From the NCBI GenBank assembly GCA_964016885.1, contig OZ024741.1:207018001-207082000 (forward strand): a stretch of DNA of 64,000 nt, in the 5' to 3' direction. The stretch's first letter is position 1, and every line of letters begins with the position of its first letter. Positions 26,660-39,600 of this stretch are shown one piece after another. The notes below the pieces were generated by a model, which was not told where the DNA came from, did no database searches, and saw nothing but the letters and a program-made list of their open reading frames with translations. A program made the position numbers and the translations under genes. The stretch comes from Eledone cirrhosa. Taxonomy: Eukaryota.

Positions 26660-28360
26660 ATGAAGTTGGAGGCGGAGAACGTGTCACAGCATGTGGCTTC
26701 CCAGATGAGGGATCTACCTCCTTAGAATAGAAAGAGGGTGATTCCGTCGGGACGCTTGCCATCTCCGTGGTCTAGGCTTGCTGGCCCCAGTTGAGATGGA
26801 AAGCCAGCTGCATCCAGGTTCCTTTTCAGTATGTCGTTAAGAGCGGCGTGTCGGGGAAAACGGCCTGCGCTCTGGTGGCAAGACGGTGAGTGCAGGCCTA
26901 ACTTGTCAACATCTCACACATACGGAGGCAAAGGCGTTGGGCTACTCCGATGCGAGTGCACTCATCATCAAGAAGGTTACCGGTTGATGAGGAGGGCACC
27001 AAATTGAGCGACGCACCGCCGTTTGGCTGAGAAGCCGAGCGGAGAGAGGTGAGGCGGTCCAAGCCAGACTCAATACGCCTCACAGAAGAATTGCAATTGA
27101 TGTCGTCGCAGTTACGTTGGACCATAGTATACTGGGGGAAAGAGAGGCCTTCGCCTGTCCAATAGGCCAGAGCTTGTTCCATCTCGGGTTCGGCCGTCTG
27201 GCTGAGAACCTCGCTGACTAGAACGTTAGTGAGGGCTGTCAACGATTGAAGCAGTCGGGTCCCTACTTCCGTCACGTGAGACGAGATGAGATCTCAGAGG
27301 TGACCGAGGCGCAAGCCGTCTACTCTGCAACTGCTTCTACCAGAAAAAGATCTTAGGGCGGCTAACACGCCCTTGCTGGACGCTGCCGAGGAGAGATTGC
27401 TGGCCGGGGCTGGAGCGTCCTTGATATCAGCAGGAGGGTCCGGATGTTTGAGGCGGAGCTCTGACAAAACATCCGGTGTTGGTCGGAGCACAGCGTCGCT
27501 TGAGGCCAGCACACGAACAACCGCCGAAACATCACCCTCAATTAGTTTGAGTTTGACTCTGTCCGGGATGTTTCGTCCTATCGTGGGTGAATTGGGAGCG
27601 TTGTGTTGGCACTGGTGGGCAGCATGAGAGGTTCGCGAGCGAAGGGTCGCAGAAGGAGGTGACATTACCCTTGAGCCTCGAAGCGAGGCAGGGGCCAGAT
27701 CTGTCTCTCACCGTCGGGTTCCCTACCAATGGGATTTCGAGTACGAGAGTAGCAAATCGAACAGTCTGGTCCACTCCCGTGGATCGCCTGAGTCAAGCGC
27801 ACGGTCGATTAAAGTCGCTAGCACTTCAGCCATGGGAGTGCTGGCAGACCTGGATATCCTGGTGATGACTCTCTGCGACTGCCTGAGGCAGGAGATAACC
27901 CCCAGACACTCGTCCGAGTCGAGCGAGTTCAGGTCCCCATTGGGCCGGGTGCCCGCGACCACCTGTGGTATTAGGGGTGATAGGCATGACGGGCACCGGT
28001 GCAAGGAATCCGACGCGTGTCTTGTGAGTTTGACGCAAGAGAGGTGGAAGAAGCTGTTGCAGTTGGATCAGTTCCTTCCTCTGTTGCGCCTGTTGCGCAT
28101 TGTGCACGAGTGGCACCGGTCAACGTCCTGTGGGGTGGAAGGTTGAGGATAGGTGGGCATTGCGTTCAGGGGTCTGAGAGGTTAAACCTTCCATCAAATG
28201 GGTAAGGAGAAGAGATGCCTTGACCGCACGGAATAGGAGGTTGGGAGCGAGCTAGAACGGATGATTGTAAAATGTGTTTGGGTGCAAATGTATGCATGAT
28301 GTTGAGATGAATGTTGTGTGTGTCCAGGCACGCAAAGCAGCAAGTTCGATAACAGTGAAA
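26660..28360 (-). mobile_element. CRE-like non-LTR retrotransposon (restriction-like endonuclease), RT mostly deleted
   Basis: [47 protein letters not shown]; GC-rich relative to flanks. Confidence 0.75.
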
Positions 28361-30714
28361 CAATAATAATAATAATTTTTGAACAGTAAGTCACAAAGAC
28401 GAATAGGTACACGTATGTATGGAATGCCCAGTCATTTACATGTCGTGAGATAAATCGCCTCCATCCATTTGAAAAAATGAGTTTGTAAATCCTGGAAAAC
28501 TGTAAGGTTGCGTTAGTTTAGTATATTGCGTTAGTTTAGTTGTGTGTGTGTGTGTGTATTATTGCTTAGACGGGAGGCGTTTAGTATCCATGACCCTTTC
28601 TCGTGTGTCTCCAATATATCTTCAAAACTGAGACATGTTCCAAATGCTTACAACGGAGTGGAGACTTCAAAAGACTCCGAAAGGCGAAGACCGTTGCACA
28701 CAATGTGGGCTCTGTTAACTTTAAAAAATGTTTTTTGCTTGTTTCTCTTTGTCGTACTTAGTGGTATAGTTTTCGTATTTATACTCAAACTCTTCTTATT
28801 TCAATTTCAATATTCTCGTATTCTGATAACTAATCAATTTCATTCGAGCGATATTTTGGTAAGAAGGGATCTAAATGCCTGTCTCGAAGATATTCATTTA
28901 AATTCTTACATTTGGAGAGTTAACCTCAATCGCTTTGCCCTGACAGGAATATCGAAGAAGATTGTGGCCAAAACAGATATTGTTATCATTTCTATATATA
29001 TCTACTTCAGTTATTTTGTAGTTTATAATCATATATACCAGTGTGGTTCCGTAATCCGAAATTGAAAATAGTTTTTCGACTTTAGTGGTTTTGCAATAGC
29101 ATCCATATTTCATTTAAATTTTACACCTTCATCTCAAAAGGATGAGGATACATTATCTAACTTAGTTTTAATTTCGCTCTTTTAAATTACGCATTGAATA
29201 TTGTTGTCCTAGATACATTATATCTGTCGGACACGTTTAATGATATAATCCTAAATGCACTATTCAAGAAGGGCATATGAGATAATGTAGTGATTGGAAC
29301 ACTATGTTTGACGACTTCATTGAAGAATGTAGAGTTAGATTCACAGATGATGAAATCCTAGACACTCTGTGTATGGAATGTCATTAACCTGATCTGGAGA
29401 TACACAAGAACTCATGATGAGCTCATAATTTATAGAATCGTAGGTTGACCGCTTATAAGGAGTCACTCTATTGCTGGAAATAGCAACCAAATCTCCCCCC
29501 AGACACACCATGCCGTCTTCAAAGTTTAAAGACAAAATGGACAATCTAGTTGGGATAAACTCAATTGGAACAACTTCCTTTGAGCATAGATCTGTTCAAG
29601 CCGATCTAACCCGTAGTTAAGCAACAACAGCAACAACTACTAAGCTAGCAGTCTTCGACATATTTCGTTTTATAGATCACCATTAACCGTTGCTGTTGTT
29701 GTTATTGTTGTTTAACCTTAGATCAGCAATATAAACAAGTCTATTCGGGCTATGGCCACCTATTCATTTTTACCGTCCATATTGTATCCGGGGCGGTATT
29801 ATCAGATGTATCCTTTTTTATAGATAGTAGTGTGGTATTTGTAGGAGATTTGGGTGCTATTGTGAGCAGGTCCAACGAACACAGAAGAATTCCTCTCGAG
29901 CGAACCGTGAATTTTATCTGCACCATGCTCAGCTTAACTTAAGTTTTTAAAAAATTGAGGAGCTTTTAGTCTGTCAGTTAGCATAGCATTTTTAAATAAA
30001 CATCGTGATAGGAACCCAGAGGATTCGAATATTGTGACGACTTTCGACAAAATAACGTATAGAAAACTGAGAGTGGAAATAAAATATCTAAATACATGCC
30101 GAAAATTACTGTTATATAAATTACCTGTTATATAACATATTATATATAATCTTGACATATGTGATATTAATGTGAACAGAGAAACCTTTTGATGAGGATT
30201 CTCTTCCTTTATCTAGAATGATTCCGCCAACGGTTACAAATTCTTCTAGATCTTCGATGATTTTAACGTCTAACACGAAAGAATTATAGTTTCAGTCAAA
30301 TATAGTTTACACCGTTACAAACCACATACGAATTTTATGGTCACGAAGCTAGAAGACAAATGATTCTCGGTGTAAATAATAGTGAAAATATAAGTTTCTC
30401 TCATCTGGATATATAATAGTTTTTGAAGAAGACATCATTTACAACCGAAGGAAATGAGACTAGTTATATAACGTGTTCAAAGCTCTCAGTCTAACAAGGT
30501 CACGACACCAACAACACAGTTATTAGTAATCACTTCAACAGTGATATCACTTGAGGGAAATTCGACATGCGTTTGAAACATTAGTTAGAAAAACTACATA
30601 CAAGAAAAGGGAAGTATAGTTAATAGAAACTTATACAGGTTGGGCCAAAAGTCACTGATTTTTTTTATTAATAAAACTAATTTTTTTGTCTTTAAATTAA
30701 ATTTCATAATTGTA

Positions 30715-31300
30715 GCCAGAGTTATATGATCTTTAATGCGAAGAAATACCAATGACGGTTGGAAGATCACTGATGAAGGACTAATTTTATTCATATGTAT
30801 CCCATTTGCAACAACGCAGCACGCCATTTTCCATATATATATATTTATATTTTTCCCTCCTCTGCGACCTTTCTCTGTATCTCTCACTTCCTTTTTACCT
30901 CCTCTGCCAGTCACTCTCTCTCAGCTGGCCTCTTCCTCACACTTTCACTCACTCACTCTCTGCTACTCCCGCTCTCTCACTTCCTCCCGTTTGACCTGTG
31001 TGAAATCCTTTTCTCGCTTACATCTCACCCAGCTCGGACGGTCTATATCTCTCCTCGCCTATGATTTGATCGAACTTAAGTTTACAGATATCACGGACTT
31101 GTTTCTTTTCTTCCTCTCTTTCCATTGCATTACCATCTATGTTCCAATAAGTTTTTTTAGTTATTGCTCGCATCAGCCAGAGGTATATGATCTTTAATGC
31201 GAAGAAATACCAATGACGGTTGGAAGATCACTGATGAAGGACTAATTTTATTCATATGTCTCACATTTTCAACAACGCAGCACACCATTTTTCATATATA
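30715..31300. repeat. ~125-bp direct repeats at 460-bp period around a CT-rich spacer
   Basis: 30715-30840 nearly identical to 31175-31300. Confidence 0.85.
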
Positions 31301-31319
31301 TATATTTATATAAAAAATA

Positions 31320-31404
<85 letters not shown>

Positions 31405-31405
31405 G

Positions 31406-31441
<36 letters not shown>

Positions 31442-31450
31442 CACACACAT

Positions 31451-31487
<37 letters not shown>

Positions 31488-32019
31488 CATATATATAAAT
31501 TCAGCGGGAATCGCATTTCGGCGGGTAGAAAAAGCGAAACGTAACGCAAGAGAGTCATGCTGGCAAGCGCTCCATAGTTTCAAAAAACCAGAGCTATAAA
31601 GATATGTTATAAACGCCATAGAAACTGAGAAGGCGGTCAAGAAGGCATTAAACAACAAAGCCAAAAAACAAGTCAAGCTAAACAGGTCAGACAAAATAAA
31701 TGACAAAATCATATATATATATACATATACATATATATATGACTAACCTGGACCCTTTGGAATTGATGTTAAAATCCAAATAGAGGGTTTCTGTGACACC
31801 TAAATCAATAATACTGTCTGCTTCAAACCATAAGCTTTTGGTAAAAAGGTCGAACGAGGAATATCACCTTATCAACAGGTATGTTGTTCTGCGCCCATGT
31901 TGTGGAAGACAGTGTTTTGTAAAAGCACATGTGTAACTCACAAGGGGGAAAACCCCAGAATTTGGCAAATGAATTCAGTATGTGTAACTCATGCAAAAAG
32001 TTGCATAAATAACACAAAT

Positions 32020-32194
32020 CGAATAAGCACTCAACCTGGTAGTTTTTAAAATATACCTATACAATTAATCTGTCAATAGAATTATTAACAGGTTAATTGT
32101 AAGATATATTTGCGATTCACGCTGAATTTATATTTGTATTAATCTCCCGAGTCTTACATGTAACCTGTTAATAATTCTATTGACAGATTAATTA
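32020..32194 (-). repeat. Inverted repeat (32062-32104 / 32153-32194) with adjacent GAGTGCT motif; probable PLE end
   Basis: aattaatctgtcaatagaattattaacaggtta and its reverse complement. Confidence 0.6.
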
Positions 32195-33370
32195 ACACTG
32201 TACGGCTTAATTCGGGATATTTGTTTACAAACACACCGAGCATTATAATAAATGTTCGGTGAATCCATACGTACATATATATATGTGTGTATGTATATAT
32301 ATATACATACTACTGTACGCCTGTATACATATATGTATGTATACGTACATACATATATGTATACAGACGTACAGTCGTATGTATATATATATACATACAC
32401 ACATATATATATGTACGTATGGATTCACCGAACATTTATTATAATGCTCGGTGTGTTTGTAAACAAACATCCCGAATTAAGCCGTACAGTGTCTAGCAAC
32501 CATCGTTGCTCATTTGTTCAACACTGACAAAGGAACGCTGTACTAGTTTCAAGCTTATTAGCTATCGTCAGCAACGTATACCTTCCTGCCAGATGGTTGA
32601 ACGTCTGAAATATATACTTTTCGTATGCATATTAACGGCTGAGCAGCGTAATTTGCATATCGAGTGAGTTAATCGGCCGGGGTACCGAAAACGATAAACG
32701 GAAAAAAATGAAACGAAATTTCATTTCTCACTCTTAGTACGGCTGTTACTTAAATATAAGTATGTATACGTACATACATATATATATACAGACGTACAGT
32801 AGTATGTATATATATATACATACATGCACACATATATATATGTACGTATGGATTCACCGAACATTTATTATAATGCTCAGTGTGTTCGTAAACAAACATC
32901 CCGAATTAAACCGTACAGTGTCTAGCAACCATCGTTGCTCATTTGTTCAACACTGACAAAGGAACGCTGTACTAGTTTCAAGCTTATTAGCTATCGTCAG
33001 CAACGTATACCTTCCTGCCAGATGGTTGAACGTCTGAAAGTATATACTTTCCTTATGCTGAGCAGCCTAATTTACATATCGAGTGAGTTAATCGGCCGGG
33101 GTACCGAAAACGATAAACGGAAAAAATGAAACGAAATTTCATTTCATCACTCTTAGTATGGCTGTTACTTAAATACAAGTATGTATACGTACATACATAT
33201 ATGTATACAGACCTACAGTAGTATGTATATATATACATACATGCACACATATATATATGTACGTATGGATTCACCGAACATTTATTATAAGGCTCGGTGT
33301 GTTTGTAAACAAACATCCCGAATTAAGCCGTACAGTGTCTAGCAACAATCGTTGCTCATTTGTTCAATAC
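32195..33370 (-). mobile_element. Retrozyme-like tandem array 1 (429-bp unit); HHRs 32535-32577 and 32964-33006; terminal palindrome 32195-32492
   Basis: Minus strand acgttg-CTGACGA-agct/agct-GAAA-ctag-TA-cagcgt. Confidence 0.88.
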
Positions 33371-33799
33371 TTGCTGCCATAGACTAGCTACTGGTCAGGA
33401 CATTGATAAGAGAACGTTACCAATTACACAGAAATATCTGTACTTTACTCTTGAATATCATTAAAACAAATTTGAACAATCGGTTAAAACTGACATTGGA
33501 ATAATTTGCGAACATATTTTACACAGAAACATACATAAGCTTAAAAAGGTTTTTATCTATCTTTATGCTGTTACAGTAAGTTAGTTATCGATCCTTAAAA
33601 GAAAAGAATTACATCCTACAATATGACATAACAGATTTTTCTTCTATTTCTAAACGATTATTGTCAAACGATCTTAAATTTGATATGTTAGTTGCCGACA
33701 TTAGAGATTTGAAAATGGAAATTATCTTCCATGCATTTAAAAATATAGTCTACTGTGGATATACTAGATAAATAACATCACTCCAACTTACAATTCAAC

Positions 33800-33980
33800 T
33801 TGAATCCCTTCAAGTGCGTTGTAGGTTTATATCTCTCATTTAAACTGAAATCCAATTATCCTCTTATCGAGACGAGGGACTTATTTCCTTAAGGAATCTA
33901 AACTCCCAAAAAACTGAAAGATTTGGGGATAAATTACGCGCTTTCTTTGCACGCCACTAGTCCTCTATAGAACGCTAAAG
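33800..33980 (+). mobile_element. Naiad-type RT fragment
   Basis: VVGLYLSFKLK and SYRDEGLISL..ERFGDKLRAFF resemble the LYRDDGL region. Confidence 0.55.
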
Positions 33981-35039
33981 TGGAATTATCTCTGACCGCT
34001 TTGCCCTTTTGGTGGTGGACTGTGAGCACCAGACAACATTCCAGGTGCCGGGTGTCCAGTCTCAGTCTTCACTTAACCCAAGACTACAACTCAGTCAAAG
34101 AGATGAGCTGTGGAAAGACGTGCCTGTTCCCCATTCAGGAATATCTACAAAAGCCGCAACCTCAGTGCATGTTTACGCATTATGAGCCGTTACTTTGATT
34201 TCCGAAGTGTTCGACGCCACCACGGTGACGTCATTCGCGTATGCCGACACAGTCCGTCCACGTCCCGGTTCGAGCGAGGTACCCTACAACAGATTCAGCA
34301 TCTGCAGTAATGGCTCCAGAATCAGTACATACAGAAGTGAGGAGAGAGCATGCCTGACAGACCGAGCGCGTGATCTGAAGCCAAACCGAAGCCAGATCTG
34401 CTCCTTGCACTTCCATTGATGCATCGCATGAAGTGGAGGTTGTGTAAAGAACCGGTCGGTATTGCGCATGTTTGCGCTTTCCCCACCAAACGACGCGCGC
34501 CAACCTCGTTGCTAACGCCTTGGCCGAAATCTAAAACTCTGTATTCACCAGAGTTGGGGGCCTGAAGTTATCTAACACATCCTTCGTGTCCCGACACCGG
34601 TTTTGGCACCAACGGAGATTTGTGAACCCCTGCAGTTTTCATCTGGCGGCAAAAGGCTCGCTGGTGTGTGACTTCACCACAAACGAAACAGTGCGGCCGT
34701 TTGCCCCCCCCCCCCCCGTGACTTCCTGGATTTCCTACCCGTCCGGTAGTTTGATGTGGTCCGGGATATTTTTGATGTCTTCCGATCTGACGGTGTCTGG
34801 GCCCTCTGCCGCCACGCATCCCAGCAGCCACCATTAACCCAGTCCCAGTGGAAACCTGGGAACCCGGTACCTTACTGTCCTCCTATCCATGTAGGACCTT
34901 TAAATTATGATTTGGTCCGTTTTGAAGGGGAGCATAGAATGCTTTACGGCAATGGCCTTACTTTTGAAGAGCACCAGGATGCTCTAAAAATTGTTTGGCC
35001 TTTTCTATATGTTCTATGCCATTATTTTTTATGCATTTC

Positions 35040-35247
35040 GGTGGATTGGCAGTATTTTGAGAGTCGGACACGATGCTTTGCAGCATAGAGTTACGGTCCT
35101 TTACGGTCTGAGTTCAAATCCCGCCGAGGTTAGCTTTGCCTTTCATCCTTATGGGGTCGATAAAATAAACTACCAGTAACGTACTGGGGTCGATTTAATC
35201 GACTTCCTCCTCCCAAAAATTGTTGGCCTTGTGCCTAAATCTGAAAC
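35040..35247 (+). mobile_element. tRNA-derived SINE, full length
   Basis: Same family as 324-505; 18-bp TSD at 35022-35039 and 35248-35265 (one mismatch). Confidence 0.92.
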
Positions 35248-35867
35248 TTATTTTTTATGTATTTCAGTGTCGCCTGAACCTGTCTTTGGGAGGCCGCCTC
35301 GGCTTTTTGAGGTTTCAATGTTGCCATTACCTCTTCTGGGACGTTTAAGTTGGCCCAGGTATTTTCCCAGGTTATATTTTTTCCGACTGGTCCAAAAGTT
35401 CATTTTTTTCTAAGTCAAAATTGTATAGGGTTTGACACGTTACCGCCGTGGCTACGAAAGTACTTCTGCTGTTGCTGCTGTTGTTGTCGTTCTTTTTGGT
35501 GCTGACGTTTTGCTGCTTTTCTTTGTTGCTGATAGTGTTGTTGTTCATGATGTTGGTGATGTTGTCGTTGTTGCTGTTGTTGATGGTGGTGTTTTCATTA
35601 TTCTCGCTGTTACTCTCATATATTTTGATTTGTTGGTGGTGCTGCTGTTGTGGTTGTTGTTGGTGGTGACACTGCCTATTGTGGTGTTGGTGTTCGTAAT
35701 TGTTATGGTAGGTGCGGTGTTACTTCGCTCGAGGTTTAAGCCGGTGTCACGTCACAGCTGTCTTAACGAGGGGTTGGGACGTATTCAGTCGATGTTTTAA
35801 GTAGAAAAAAATATTCAAACACAAATTAAAGTTCAAATATTTTGGCCAAAAGTCGAAATATTAAGGG

Positions 35868-35965
35868 GAGCAAAGATAGGTGCCTCTAGCAAAGATAGGT
35901 GCCTCTAGCAAAGATAGGTGCCTCTAGCAAAGATAGGTACCTCTAGCAAAGATAGGTTCCTCTAG
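35868..35965. repeat. 19-bp minisatellite (agcaaagataggtgcctct) x5
   Basis: Direct reading. Confidence 0.95.
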
Positions 35966-36504
35966 AAACAAAAATATTTTAACTAATTTCGGTTTAAACA
36001 ACTTACTGGAGCTCAGAATAACACGTCTTCTTACTTCAACCAACAAATGTAATAACAATAATAATAATAATAATAATAATAATTAATATTATTATTATCA
36101 TTATCATTATTGTTTCTTAGTAAGATATTCGTACGTCATGTGGAGATAAATATCAAAATACTGTTAAATAACCTAGCTTTGCTAACGTCGTTGCATTCGA
36201 GTCAGCGATCTTGTCGTGGAACATGAGAGCAGATATCGAGAGTGATTATTATATAAGTCCTTGTGAATTAATGAGTGCATTAGTTTAACACGGTGTATTA
36301 CATTACAAGATGGAGTTCATGCAAATGTTCAGGATATTGACGAAATACAAATATCGCTCAAATAAATTTAGTTACTGACACACGATGAAGTGTTGATGTG
36401 GATCGGTATGTTGTGTGATGAGATTTATATATACCTACTTATAAACATACATACATGCATATGTACATACATTCATACAAACACATGCATATATAAATAT
36501 ATGT

Positions 36505-36569
<65 letters not shown>

Positions 36570-36607
36570 TGCATATATATATATATTTATATATATATAT
36601 ATATATA

Positions 36608-39600
36608 CTAGCTGACGTACCCAGCTTCGCCCGGGTAAACAGATGATAAGAGAAGACAGGTAAAAGAGAAAATGACTGTATTGGATGTTTGTCTGGTTAC
36701 AGGATGAGGCGAGTCCGTGGTGTCTGTGTGATACCAAAAACAGTAAAAAAAATCTTCCAGATATACCAGATTCTTCGTTGTACCGTTTGTGCCTAGTATA
36801 TGTACAATTCTAGGTGCTCCCACCTAGAATAGTGACCTCTAGGAGATGGTTCATCTTCTACCTGACTGTAACACGTGTATCATTGCATATACGTAGTTGT
36901 TCCACGTTTCACAAAAGGATGTTCTCAAAAGGAAGTTCCAATCTTTTATATTATATGTAGATATAGATATAGATAATTAATATAAAAGATGTCCCTCAAT
37001 GTAAAAAAAGGTCCCTATTTATTTGAAATGGTTTATACAAATGCCAAATTAATATGTATATGGATAACATGCTTATCTATAAGTGGTCAGCTATAATAAT
37101 AAAACAACAAATTATATGACACAAAAGTTTATTCAATATTGCCGAGAGTTCAGCTCGGGGAGGGGCCTGGTTTGAATTCCAAATGGCGGATCCTTCTACT
37201 TCGAAAATAGAATCGTTTTTCAATATTACTCTAACGCTGGCCGGCCATATGCACCAACCTTTTTGCCAGACTCAGCATATGATGAGGTTTTATTACCAGC
37301 GCTATCAGAAGCGATAAATTTGAAGGCAATTTCTACCAATACTTGTTGGTTTTTATTGCTCATTATCGACAATAAATGACATTGAACAGAAATGATAACT
37401 CTGTCAAAGCTCACAATACTGCACAAAGGAAACCAATGTCTGAATCATTTACGTCGAATATTCATAGCAGTGAAGGCAATTTCTACCAATACTTGTTGGT
37501 ATTTATTGCGTAACATAGCAGTGAAAGCAATTTTTACCAATACTTGTTTGTTTTTATTGCTCATTATCGACATTAAATGACATTGAACATAAACGATAAC
37601 TCTGTCAAAGCTCACAATACTGATTTTAATCTGTATAATATTCGGACACCAATGTCCGAATCACTTACGTCACTTATTGATAGCATTAAAGATATGCATA
37701 CATCAGCTCAAAGCTTCATTATAGACAATATTCAGAGTTATTCCTCTGTTAGTGGTATCAATTGCAAATGTTATACCGTCAGGATCGCACACTCGAGATG
37801 CAGCAACATACAGTTGCCTTTGGCTGAATGCTGGGTCATTCAAGTAGACACCGACTCGCTTGAAAGTCTGTCCCTGTGCCTTGTTGACAGTCATGGAGAA
37901 GGCCAAATTGACGGGAAACTGTCTCCTTTGCTAAAGGAATGGCAGCAGATCTTCACTTGGTCTCAGCATGATCCTCGGAATGAGAACCGATTCCTCTCTG
38001 CCTGGGAGTTTAGCTTCTAAAACTATTCCGTTAATCAATCTCTGAACAATCTCTCTAATCAATCTCTCAAAATATGTTGGGGAAATCCGGGTATTTGAAG
38101 TGAATTCAGATACTCAGTCGGAAAATCCATATTGTTCTGCTGATTAGGCTCCATTGCATCCGCACTGACGGTCAACATTCCGGCTACTTGTGAATTTATT
38201 TCATCGAACGTTGCATTCGTATGAGTTAGAATAACGCGTTCCGATATTCTGCCAAAAAGCATTCAAATTAGGGAACACCCAGTCAATCAATGCTTGGCGG
38301 TACAGTGACATGACCAAATGGTCTGGGATTCTTACAGTCTGATTATCACCAACGTGTGGCAAATCATCGTTTCCCAACTGCATCAACCATCGGCCGTTTG
38401 TCTCAGCATCTTCGTGTTGCCCGAACATACGAAATCGCATATTATCGTGTAATCGCAAAACTCTGAAATGGCCCCACAACGGGGACTTTTTCAGACATGC
38501 ATCGACAATTTGCGCTCTTTGAGCATTCATAACAATTGGTAGTACCTGTCTGAAATCTCCACCAAGAACGATAATCTTACCACCGAATGGCAGGTCACTA
38601 CCGCAGATATCTCTCAAAGTTCTGTCCAATGCCTCCAGCAAATATCTGTGTGCCATTGGAGCCTCGTCCCAAATAATCAGAGACGTATTGCGTATAAGGG
38701 CCGCGAGTTCACTTTGTCCTGTAATGTTACAATGGAACCTTGAAGCATGAGTGGAAGGTGACCACAGAGAGAGCAATTTCCCTCTGAGCTCTGACTGCCG
38801 ATAACAGTGTTGAAACAGAATGTCTTTCCGGTGCCTCCTGTGGCATCTATGAAAGCACAAAGTTGCTCATTAGTGGAAATCGAGTGGAGAACGCCATCGA
38901 CCAATTCTCTCTGAGAGTGGGTCAACATTGGCATACCTTCATCCACAATACGTTGCTGTTCCAAACTGGAATAGTTCCCTCCGATCAAGTGGCAACAGTC
39001 TAAGCTGCAATCTCATGTTCAATGCTAAGACACGTTGCCGCATTTCTTCATCAGGAATTGGCAAATTGAAATCTGTTAAACAATTGAAATGAACTTCAAG
39101 CAGTTGCTCAATATTGAGCAAAACAATAGCTTTCACCAAATGTTCATCATCGACCTGAAGATGATGCCTAAAATCATCAGCCATAATTCCCCAATGGCGT
39201 TCAAATAATTCTCTTGGATCGGGAGGATTGCAGAATCCTAGAATCGTGACAAACAACTACCTTATTTGAGCTGGCATCTGTGTTGTTCCTGCAGCTTCCA
39301 TGGCGTTATTCCATTCAGCGTCATACTGAAGGAGTCCCAGATGCTGACACACAGCCTGGTATGTTTCATATTCCACGCCATTGATTGTTTTCTAATCAGC
39401 GAAGCTCTGTTTACCTCTCGAAAAATCATTATGTAACAGAATTCGGAGATAAAACACATCACCAGATGCTGGATGGACATTACAAACCCGTCCAATAGTC
39501 ATGAATCTCAACTTTTGTTTTCTATCATTCCATTTCTTTCCCTTCTTATCCCACGTAAAGTGCGAAGGGAAATCCTAGTAGAGTTGCCTTTGATCCGGGT

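Larger units (their letters stand above)
33985..36040 (-). mobile_element. Tx1/L1-like LINE, internally deleted (ORF1 zinc knuckle + RT remnant)
   Basis: CFVCGEVTHQRAFC; LSSLLYVLILEPLL and AYANDVTV; N/T-rich N-terminus. Confidence 0.75.

Noticed and set aside
28544-30600. Possible host exons
   Set aside because: No recognisable domain or splice pattern; more likely old degraded repeat
35868-35965. CRISPR-like short repeats
   Set aside because: Head-to-tail with no spacers; eukaryotic context
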